Below are positions 38,711-46,276 of a stretch of DNA of 64,000 bases, in pieces. The notes under the pieces were generated by a model that saw only the letters and a list, made by a program, of their open reading frames with translations, was not told the origin of the DNA and ran no database searches. How positions within the stretch are numbered: position 1 is the stretch's first letter; every line of letters starts with the position of its first letter. The position numbers were made by a program, and so were the translations under genes. The DNA comes from Agathobacter sp. (GTDB taxonomy: Bacteria; Bacillota; Clostridia; Lachnospirales; Lachnospiraceae), in assembly GCA_034100525.1 (NCBI GenBank), contig JAXELM010000097.1, forward strand, positions 27,272 to 91,271, given 5' to 3'.

Positions 38711-39859
38711 TTAGATTCCAAATATCGCCATAAAACATCCGGCTGCAACTGCAGTTCCAATTACACCGGCAACATTCGGTCCCATAGCATGCATTAGAAG
38801 GAAGTTTGTAGGATCTTCTTCTGCACCGACCTTTTGTGATACACGTGCTGCCATTGGTACGGCGGAAACACCGGCAGAACCAATAAGTGGATTAATCTTG
38901 CCTTTAGTAAGTACACATAATAATTTGCCAAATAATACCCCGGCTGCTGTACCAACCATAAATGCAACAAGTCCTAAAACAACAATCTTAATTGTACTTA
39001 AATTTAGGAAAGACTCTGCACTTGTTGTTGCACCAACTGATGTACCAAGTAAAATTACTACAATATACATAAGAGCATTACTTGCTGTCTCCTGCAACTG
39101 GCGAACGACTCCAGATTCACGGAACAGGTTTCCGAGCATCAACATACCAACAAGTGGTGCTGTTGTAGGAAGAAGCAGACAAACAATAATTGTAACAACT
39201 ATAGGGAATAAAATCTTCTCCAATTTACTAACAGGACGTAAGTTTGCCATCTTAATCTTACGCTCTTTTTCAGTTGTAAGTAACTTCATAATTGGCGGCT
39301 GAATAATAGGAACAAGTGCCATATATGAATATGCAGCCACTGCGATAGGACCCATAAGTCCAGTCTGACCAAGCTTACCAGCCAGGAAAATTGATGTAGG
39401 ACCATCAGCTCCTCCGATAATAGAAACTGCAGCAGCAGCTTTGTCATTAAATCCAAGTGCAATCGCAAGGAAATATGCTGAGAAAATACCAAACTGTGCA
39501 GCTGCTCCTAATATGAAGCTTATTGGATTAGCAATCAAAGGTCCAAAGTCTGTCATCGCTCCTACACCAAGGAAAATAAGTGAAGGTAAAATTGACCACT
39601 CATCTAAAGTATAAAAATAATAAAGTAAACCACCTACGCCATTGCTTGTATGCTCAGGACTTGCAATAATATCAGGATAAATATTTACAAGAAGCATACC
39701 AAACGCAATAGGTACAAGAAGCAAAGGCTCAAATCCTTTTTTAATAGCAAGAAAAAGGAAGAAACAAGCCACTAAAATCATTACATAGTTTCCGACTGTA
39801 AGATTAAAAAATGCTGTCTGATGTAGGAGGTTCGATAATGTTTCACCTACGTATTCCAC
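38711..39859 (-). CDS. oadB: Na+-translocating decarboxylase beta subunit
   Basis: [50 protein letters not shown]; GTG start. Confidence 0.96.
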   Translation of the reverse strand: MEYVGETLSNLLHQTAFFNLTVGNYVMILVACFFLFLAIKKGFEPLLLVPIAFGMLLVNIYPDIIASPEHTSNGVGGLLYYFYTLDEWSILPSLIFLGVGAMTDFGPLIANPISFILGAAAQFGIFSAYFLAIALGFNDKAAAAVSIIGGADGPTSIFLAGKLGQTGLMGPIAVAAYSYMALVPIIQPPIMKLLTTEKERKIKMANLRPVSKLEKILFPIVVTIIVCLLLPTTAPLVGMLMLGNLFRESGVVRQLQETASNALMYIVVILLGTSVGATTSAESFLNLSTIKIVVLGLVAFMVGTAAGVLFGKLLCVLTKGKINPLIGSAGVSAVPMAARVSQKVGAEEDPTNFLLMHAMGPNVAGVIGTAVAAGCFMAIFGI

Positions 39860-39878
39860 AATAAGTTCCTCCTATAAA

Positions 39879-40244
39879 TTAATTTAATGTAGCAAGTAAA
39901 GCACCTGACTCTACAGAATCACCAACAGCTACATTGATGCTTGCAACTGTGCCATCTTCTGGTGCAACTACAGGTGTCTCCATCTTCATAATTTCAAGAA
40001 CTAATACAGTGTCACCCTTCTTTACAGCATCGCCAACTTTTGCTTCAAGCTTAAATACCTTTCCGGCTGCTCCTGCTTCAATTTTGATGCTTCCAGCTCC
40101 TGATGATGCAGCTGGTGTTGCGGCTGGAGCTGCTACCGGTGTTGCCACTCTCTTTGGAGCTGATGCTGTACTTGGTGCTGATCCATTCTCCTCTACAGTA
40201 ACATCATATACGTTTCCATTTACAGTAATTGTATAATTTTTCAT
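39879..40244 (-). CDS. Biotin carboxyl carrier protein
   Basis: Ala/Pro-rich linker, biotinylation motif LEIMKMET. Confidence 0.93.
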   Translation of the reverse strand: MKNYTITVNGNVYDVTVEENGSAPSTASAPKRVATPVAAPAATPAASSGAGSIKIEAGAAGKVFKLEAKVGDAVKKGDTVLVLEIMKMETPVVAPEDGTVASINVAVGDSVESGALLATLN

Positions 40245-40263
40245 GTATTTATATCCTCCTAAA

Positions 40264-41052
40264 TTATCTTCTATTAATAGAACGTACTACAAAATCACTT
40301 GTAGAAGTTCCTTCACTGGCTGCGATAGCTGCAGCAATTACAGCAACAAGCTCAGTATCATCCATTAAATTCTCTTCTGTTGCATTAGTTTCAGCAGGTA
40401 CGTTTTCAATTACAAGATTATCATTACTCTTGTTTGCTTTATTCTTTTTCTTTTCTTCAAGCATAGGGAAGATAACAAATCCCTTAATGATTAAGCTGAT
40501 AAGAATAAGAACTAAGAATACTATTGATAATGAAATAACCGTATTCTGTCCTGCCGAAGTCATCTTTTCACCCAATGTCTGAACAGGATTGATTGAAATA
40601 CTTGTTACAGACATATCATAATAATCATAAACGACTTCAAAAATAACATCTTTCTTACCAAATTTCAAAGTAAGATCACTTGTAAGTGTGTTTCCAGCTT
40701 TGTTTACCTCAAAAATATCTGTTGTATCAATAGATTCGAGTGTAAAATTCTCATCGTCAAACTGAGTACATTCTCCATATTTGCTTTCAACTTCAGTCCA
40801 GTTAGCACATGCATTAATCTGTGCATCAGTATAACCGTAACCATATAATGCTTCCTTGTCTTTATCTGACAATGAACCTGCATCTATATATTGCGACATA
40901 TACGAAACATAATATGCATTTGTGACAGCCTCATTAGATAAATCTGTATAAGATTTACCATTGTAATCCACCTTCTTTGGATCTTCGCCACAAGCACAAA
41001 GCATGCAAATTGAAAGCAAAACAGTAAGCATTAAAGCTAATTTCTTTTTCAT
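40264..41052 (-). CDS. OadG/delta-type decarboxylase subunit with N-terminal lipoprotein domain
   Basis: Lipobox LCAC, TM segment NTVISLSIVFLVLILISLII, C-terminal ELVAVIAAAIAA...FVVRSI. Confidence 0.82.
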   Translation of the reverse strand: MKKKLALMLTVLLSICMLCACGEDPKKVDYNGKSYTDLSNEAVTNAYYVSYMSQYIDAGSLSDKDKEALYGYGYTDAQINACANWTEVESKYGECTQFDDENFTLESIDTTDIFEVNKAGNTLTSDLTLKFGKKDVIFEVVYDYYDMSVTSISINPVQTLGEKMTSAGQNTVISLSIVFLVLILISLIIKGFVIFPMLEEKKKNKANKSNDNLVIENVPAETNATEENLMDDTELVAVIAAAIAASEGTSTSDFVVRSINRR

Positions 41053-41067
41053 ATTGCTTTCACCTTT

Positions 41068-42504
41068 CTATTTTGTTCCATGTTTCTTCTCTGGTGCAAA
41101 TTCACACTTTGAATATAACATTTCAAATGCTGCAACAAGATATTTTCTTGTATCAGCAGGCTCGATAATCAAATCAACATATCCTCTTGCAGCTGCTGAA
41201 GATACACTTGACTGTAATTTGTCATAATCTGCAGCCTTAGCTGAAAGTTCAGCCGAATCAGCATCTGGATACATAATCTTTGCTGCAAGCTCAGAGTTCA
41301 TCATACCAATTTTAGCAGTTGGATATGCGTAAACAAGATCTGCACCAACTGACTTCGAGTTAAATGAAACATAAGCACTTCCAAATGCTTCGCCTGTAAT
41401 AAGATTAACCTTAGGACAAGTAGCATTAGAAAAAGCATATGTCATTCTGGCAAGAGCCTTTGCAAGATTCTTCTCACTGCACATGCATGCTTTGAAACCA
41501 TTTACATTTGTAAGTGATAATACAGGGATTGAATATGCATCACAAAACTGAATAAATTCAGCAGCTTTATTACATCCCTTTGCTGTAAGAGAATTCTTGT
41601 ACTCTTCTGCAAGCTTTCCTTCTGCATCGTACTTCTGTGTACATGTTGCTACGGCACCAACAGTCATACCATTTAATTTAACAAATCCTGTTACCATGTT
41701 AGGTGCAAATGCTGATTTTGTTTCAACGAAAACATGTCCATCAGAAATCTCTGAAAGTAAGTATCTTGGGTCACCAATCATCTCAGCCATGCTGTTGCAA
41801 ATACGATTTAAGTCATCCTCACATGTGTCTGTATATACATCGCCCTCATTGTTTGAAGGAAGCATTGTAACAAGCTGTCTGATTTCCTGCATGATTTCAT
41901 CCTCTGAACCAACCATATCAATGCAGCCATTATTCTCGCTTTGGAATTCGGCACTGCTTGTATCACATTTCTCAATAGTATTACCACAAATAGAATCAGG
42001 AGAATTAACAAACATTTTTCCGTTTGTGCTTTCAATAAATGCAAAATCACAAAGTGCAGGAACTACAGACATTCCACCACCACAATTTCCAAAAACTGCA
42101 CAAATCTGTGGGATAATTCCACTAGCTGCTACTTCTTTTGCATAAATCTGACCAAAACCGTCTAATGCATCAACAGATTCCTGAAGTCTGATTCCACCAC
42201 AATCGATAAAACCAATGACAGGAGCTCCCATTTTCATAGCCATATCATAAACTGATGCAATCTTCTTTGCATGCATCTCGCCTATAGTTCCGTTCAACAC
42301 AGAAGCATCCTGGCTATATACAAACACAAGATTACCATCAATCAGACCATGACCAATAATGACACCATCTGAAGGTGTTTTTGCAGCAGTAAGATTAAAA
42401 TCTGTACTACGTGCTGTTACAAGAGATCCAATTTCCATGAAACTGTTCTCATCCACTAACTTAGCAATTCTTTGCATCGCTAAGCTTGCTTTGTTACTAC
42501 TCAT
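41068..42504 (-). CDS. Acyl-CoA carboxyltransferase family protein (MmdA/PccB/12S-like, divergent)
   Basis: PSDGVIIG, GTIGEMHAKKI, DCGGIRLQE, SGIIPQI, GYVDLIIEPADTR, KKHG end. Confidence 0.85.
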   Translation of the reverse strand: MSSNKASLAMQRIAKLVDENSFMEIGSLVTARSTDFNLTAAKTPSDGVIIGHGLIDGNLVFVYSQDASVLNGTIGEMHAKKIASVYDMAMKMGAPVIGFIDCGGIRLQESVDALDGFGQIYAKEVAASGIIPQICAVFGNCGGGMSVVPALCDFAFIESTNGKMFVNSPDSICGNTIEKCDTSSAEFQSENNGCIDMVGSEDEIMQEIRQLVTMLPSNNEGDVYTDTCEDDLNRICNSMAEMIGDPRYLLSEISDGHVFVETKSAFAPNMVTGFVKLNGMTVGAVATCTQKYDAEGKLAEEYKNSLTAKGCNKAAEFIQFCDAYSIPVLSLTNVNGFKACMCSEKNLAKALARMTYAFSNATCPKVNLITGEAFGSAYVSFNSKSVGADLVYAYPTAKIGMMNSELAAKIMYPDADSAELSAKAADYDKLQSSVSSAAARGYVDLIIEPADTRKYLVAAFEMLYSKCEFAPEKKHGTK

Positions 42505-42549
42505 CTCTAGTCCTCCATCTATAAAAATAAAAATTTTTCGCTATTGTCT

Positions 42550-42578
42550 ATGATATAGTATTTGTTACCATTTTTCAA
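42550..42578 (-). promoter_or_regulatory. Sigma-A promoter of the decarboxylase operon
   Basis: TTGAAA-17 bp-TATCAT. Confidence 0.65.
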
Positions 42579-42583
42579 CTAAT

Positions 42584-42601
42584 TTGTTAAAATTTTCACT
42601 A
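42584..42601. promoter_or_regulatory. Rex operator candidate
   Basis: TTGTTAA-AATT-TTCACTA closely matches the Rex consensus TTGT(G/T)AA-N4-TT(C/A)ACAA; 5 bp upstream of the -35. Confidence 0.65.
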
Positions 42602-42605
42602 TATT

Positions 42606-43826
42606 TTACATACTAATATAATCTGTGATTATTGCCTTAAATAAATTTTTAATATTCCATTTAGTCATGCCCTTTTTTAGAATTATTTTTCTTTCATAAA
42701 AATATTCACCATTAATATTATATACTATATTACCTACCTCTTCGTTTCCCTCATATTCAGCTTTTTTTAATGTTTTAAGGTTAAGTTCTTTTGTTATTTC
42801 TTCATCATTTCTAACTAGCAATTTTCTATTAAAATTAGATAATTCATATTCTATTTCAGGGATACTATTCCATTTTTCTATATCTGGTTTTCCGATGTAA
42901 TACATTTCAGAATTAATATAAATTTCCTCTACATCATTCTCTTTGTACTCTTTATAAAATTCTTCAATATATGATATTATTTTCTTTGAATCAATCCATT
43001 TATAATTCTTGTTATTTGGCCAGCCACAGGCGAGAAGGCAAAAACAAAATCTCACCCCGTCTTTTTCGTACGCACCTACATAACAATAGCCTGCAGCTGC
43101 TGTAAAACCGGTTTTTCCAGAAACTATATTCGAATTTTCCATAAGTAATTTATTGTGATTAGATACTGTTATGGTCTGTTGATTTGGTAAAGTAAAGTTG
43201 TATTCCAATGTCTGTGTTATTTCGCGAAATTCTTTTGACTTCGGAGAATCCCAGGTACAGTATTTCATTATCTTACACAAATCATTTGCACTGGAGTGAT
43301 GCCGGTTTTGTTTATACTCTGCATCAAGACCATTCGGAGTGACAAAATAACTGTTTTTACACCCTATCTCGCTTGCTTTTTCGTTCATTAGTAAGGAAAA
43401 TTTCTCAACATTTTGCGCAGCAGCTTCTGCTAAAACATATGCACAATCATTGTAGGATTCAAGCATCATGGCGTATAGCAGGTCTTTAATTTTGTATTTC
43501 TCCCCTGTTTTTACACCTAATTTTACTTCCTGTTGCATTGCAGCAGCTTCTGATGCAGTTGCATATGAATTAACATCACAATTTTCTAAAATTAGAATAC
43601 ATGTAAGTATTTTAGTTGTACTGGCATTTGAAAGTTCAGTATTACTATCCTTTTCCTCTAATACCCTGCCATTATTTCCATCCATTACGCAATATGACTT
43701 TGAATACATATTAGTCAAACCATTATTCGTTTGAGCTTTTATTTGATTAATAGGTATAAATATGTTAAAAAATATACAGATTAACAATAATATACTAAGT
43801 TTTTTACTTCTAAAAAAAATAATCAT
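42606..43826 (-). CDS. D-alanyl-D-alanine carboxypeptidase (peptidase S11, DacB-like)
   Basis: ASTTK (SxxK), SYN (SxN), PNGL, GKTGFT; signal peptide; start ATG 43826 (SD GAGGTG). Confidence 0.9.
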   Translation of the reverse strand: MIIFFRSKKLSILLLICIFFNIFIPINQIKAQTNNGLTNMYSKSYCVMDGNNGRVLEEKDSNTELSNASTTKILTCILILENCDVNSYATASEAAAMQQEVKLGVKTGEKYKIKDLLYAMMLESYNDCAYVLAEAAAQNVEKFSLLMNEKASEIGCKNSYFVTPNGLDAEYKQNRHHSSANDLCKIMKYCTWDSPKSKEFREITQTLEYNFTLPNQQTITVSNHNKLLMENSNIVSGKTGFTAAAGYCYVGAYEKDGVRFCFCLLACGWPNNKNYKWIDSKKIISYIEEFYKEYKENDVEEIYINSEMYYIGKPDIEKWNSIPEIEYELSNFNRKLLVRNDEEITKELNLKTLKKAEYEGNEEVGNIVYNINGEYFYERKIILKKGMTKWNIKNLFKAIITDYISM

Positions 43827-43845
43827 ATACATCACCTCTAGATAA

Positions 43846-43875
43846 TGTATATGATTATTAGTAATAAGATTATTC
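43846..43875 (-). promoter_or_regulatory. Sporulation sigma (E/G-type) promoter candidate for the dacB-like gene
   Basis: GAATA-17 bp-CATATACA immediately after the scpB stop. Confidence 0.45.
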
Positions 43876-43877
43876 AT

Positions 43878-44447
43878 TTATATATCAAGTTTGACATTCA
43901 TTTCAGCCTCAGCTTCCTGTTTAAATTCTTCTAACTGAACAGGGCTTAAAACTGGTAAATCCTCTATAGAATGTACTCCAAATGACCTCAGGAACTCTTC
44001 CGTAGTGCCGAATAATAATGGTCTTCCGGGAGCATCTAATCTACCCAGCTCGCATACAAGATTATATTCAACAAGTTTATTTACAGCATGGTCACAGGAA
44101 ACTCCTCTTATCTTTTCTATTTCTACTCTGGTGATTGGCTGCTTATAAGCTATTATTGACAAAGTTTCAAGCAATACATCTGTTAAAACACGTTTCTTTG
44201 GTTGTTTTGCAATTTTAATCAGATATTCATACATATCAGTTTTGGTACACATCTGATATGAACCATCTAATTCGATAATTGTTATTCCTCTATCAGAAGT
44301 ATTGTATTCATTCTGTAAATCTTCTAATATTTTTTTCGTTTCTTTGGCATCTAATTCAATTGTATTTGCGATTTTGGTAAGCTCTACAGATTCACCCATT
44401 GTAAATAAGATAGCTTCCACTATTGCTTTATAATTCTTTTTTTCCAT
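43878..44447 (-). CDS. scpB: SMC-Scp complex subunit ScpB
   Basis: IVEAILF, LETLSIIAYKQPITR, GRLDAPGRPLLFGTTEEFL. Confidence 0.96.
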   Translation of the reverse strand: MEKKNYKAIVEAILFTMGESVELTKIANTIELDAKETKKILEDLQNEYNTSDRGITIIELDGSYQMCTKTDMYEYLIKIAKQPKKRVLTDVLLETLSIIAYKQPITRVEIEKIRGVSCDHAVNKLVEYNLVCELGRLDAPGRPLLFGTTEEFLRSFGVHSIEDLPVLSPVQLEEFKQEAEAEMNVKLDI

Positions 44448-44459
44448 ACTACTCCACTA

Positions 44460-45209
44460 CTATGCCGCAATCTTTGAATCTATTTTGATATCATCAAAAA
44501 TTTTCTCCTGCGAAATAAAAATCTTCCCCATTTTCATAAGCTCCAAAATGGCAAGAAATGTCACAATTATATTGACCTTGCTTGACTGCTTCTCCAACAG
44601 ACTTCTAAAGCTAAAATGCTGGTGTACTTTAGCGTATTCTGTAAGATATTCCATCTTATCCTCAAGAGACACCTCTTCTTTTTCGATTTTTCCAAATTTA
44701 GATCTAACAGGATCAATTTTGTCTACCTGTTTTTTCATAATACTTTGAAAGATATCATTAAGCTTTGCCAATGTAATATCAGAAACAAGCTCATCAATAT
44801 CTACAGGCTCTTCATATGCAAGAATCTCGTCTGGAATTGTCGGAACCTTGAACATAGTTTTCTGGGCATCTATTTGTCTGTCTTTAAGTTCATAAGCCAT
44901 GCATTTATACATTTTATACTCTAACAACTGCTGAACAAGCTCTGCTCTTGGATCTTCTTCTTCCTCTGGTGCATCAGGATTAGATGGCAACAGCATCTTT
45001 GATTTTATATCAATCAACGTGGCTGCCATTACAAGGAATTCACTCAGAACATTCAAATCGCGTCTTTTCATTTCAGCAATATATTCCATGTATTGTGCCG
45101 TAATCTCAACAATAGGTATATCGTATATATTTACTTTATTCTTATCAATCAAATGTAGTAATAAATCTAATGGTCCTTCAAATACCTGAAGCTTTACTGT
45201 TAAATCCAT
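44460..45209 (-). CDS. scpA: Segregation/condensation protein ScpA
   Basis: FEGPLDLLLHLI, EFLVMAATL, IKSKMLLP, TFLAILEL; start ATG 45209. Confidence 0.96.
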   Translation of the reverse strand: MDLTVKLQVFEGPLDLLLHLIDKNKVNIYDIPIVEITAQYMEYIAEMKRRDLNVLSEFLVMAATLIDIKSKMLLPSNPDAPEEEEDPRAELVQQLLEYKMYKCMAYELKDRQIDAQKTMFKVPTIPDEILAYEEPVDIDELVSDITLAKLNDIFQSIMKKQVDKIDPVRSKFGKIEKEEVSLEDKMEYLTEYAKVHQHFSFRSLLEKQSSKVNIIVTFLAILELMKMGKIFISQEKIFDDIKIDSKIAA

Positions 45210-45232
45210 ATTTTGTGCCTCTTCTCCTTTAA

Positions 45233-45350
45233 TACCAAGATATTGTAACAAGATATTGATGCTATTTCAAGTATAATTTACAATATTTAGTACAATATTC
45301 TAAAAAATTACACAAAAGATTGCTATATTTAGTATGACTATATATAGTTT
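45233..45350. promoter_or_regulatory. Array of NrdR-box-like palindromes upstream of scpA
   Basis: Six CWATATATWG-like cores at 45236, 45249, 45281, 45313, 45323 and 45338; identity of the binding protein is inferred. Confidence 0.5.
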
Positions 45351-46183
45351 ATAAGCTTGCAGATGTTTAATTTTCCCCAGCAAATTGTATCATCAGGCAT
45401 ATCATCTACAGTATTATACAATGCCAGTTTTAAATCTATAGGTCTTAATTCATTGTTTTTCTCAAGTGCTAATGCCAATGCTGCACATACTATTGGTGTC
45501 GCCATTGAAGTTCCGGTTTTTGATATATATTCATCTTTTTTGTTTTTCAGGCTTGTAATATTCGAACCTGGTGCGAGAATTTCAGGCTTTATTATACAGC
45601 ATTCAGTAGGACCACACCCACTGAAGTTTTCGTTTAAAGCCCCAACTGTAATCACTTTTCGAGAAATTCCGGGGACAGTTATTGTATTGGATTTAGGACC
45701 ATTATTTCCCGCCGCTGTTACAACGGTTATTCCCGCATCCCATATCTTATTTATCAAATCTAAAATCATTTTTCTGTCATAAAGATTTGACCGTCCAATA
45801 AATCCGACCGAAAAGTTGAGCAATTTAATATTGAATTTTTCTTTATTTTCGAGTACCCATTTTAAGGCTCTTATAAAGTCAATGGTTTTGCCGTTTCCAT
45901 TTTTATCAAGGACTTTTAGCATTAGTAAATCTGCTTCTGTTGCAATTCCCATATATTTGTGATTGCATGCCAGACCTGAGCCTGATATTATACCGGCAAT
46001 ATGTGTTCCATGTCCATTTTCATCCGTAGGATTATTAGTATCCGAAATAAAATCTTTATAAAAAATAACACTATTTTCAATATCTCTATGTAGAAATATT
46101 CCTGTATCAAGAATTGCGATGCGTATATTTCTACCAGTTTGTTTAATTTTTTCTAATTCAAAAAACTCTCTTATACGATTCAT
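45338..46183 (-). CDS. Subtilisin-like S8 serine protease (AprX-like catalytic domain only)
   Basis: Triad LDTG, HGTHIAG, GTSMATP; oxyanion AAGN. Confidence 0.92.
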   Translation of the reverse strand: MNRIREFFELEKIKQTGRNIRIAILDTGIFLHRDIENSVIFYKDFISDTNNPTDENGHGTHIAGIISGSGLACNHKYMGIATEADLLMLKVLDKNGNGKTIDFIRALKWVLENKEKFNIKLLNFSVGFIGRSNLYDRKMILDLINKIWDAGITVVTAAGNNGPKSNTITVPGISRKVITVGALNENFSGCGPTECCIIKPEILAPGSNITSLKNKKDEYISKTGTSMATPIVCAALALALEKNNELRPIDLKLALYNTVDDMPDDTICWGKLNICKLINYI

Positions 46184-46191
46184 TTTTGATT

Positions 46192-46217
46192 AATATATGC
46201 AATGAATTTGAATTTGT
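46192..46217 (-). promoter_or_regulatory. Sigma-K-type promoter candidate for the S8 protease
   Basis: AC-16 bp-CATATATT matches the sigma-K consensus AC-N16-CATANNNT. Confidence 0.55.
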
Positions 46218-46233
46218 TCTTTAGAAAAAAGCA

Positions 46234-46263
46234 TAAATAATGACCGCACAAATTGTGCGGTCA
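46234..46263 (-). terminator. Terminator after pnp
   Basis: TGACCGCACA/TGTGCGGTCA stem followed by TTATTT on the minus strand. Confidence 0.75.
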
Positions 46264-46276
46264 CATTTACTGAATA

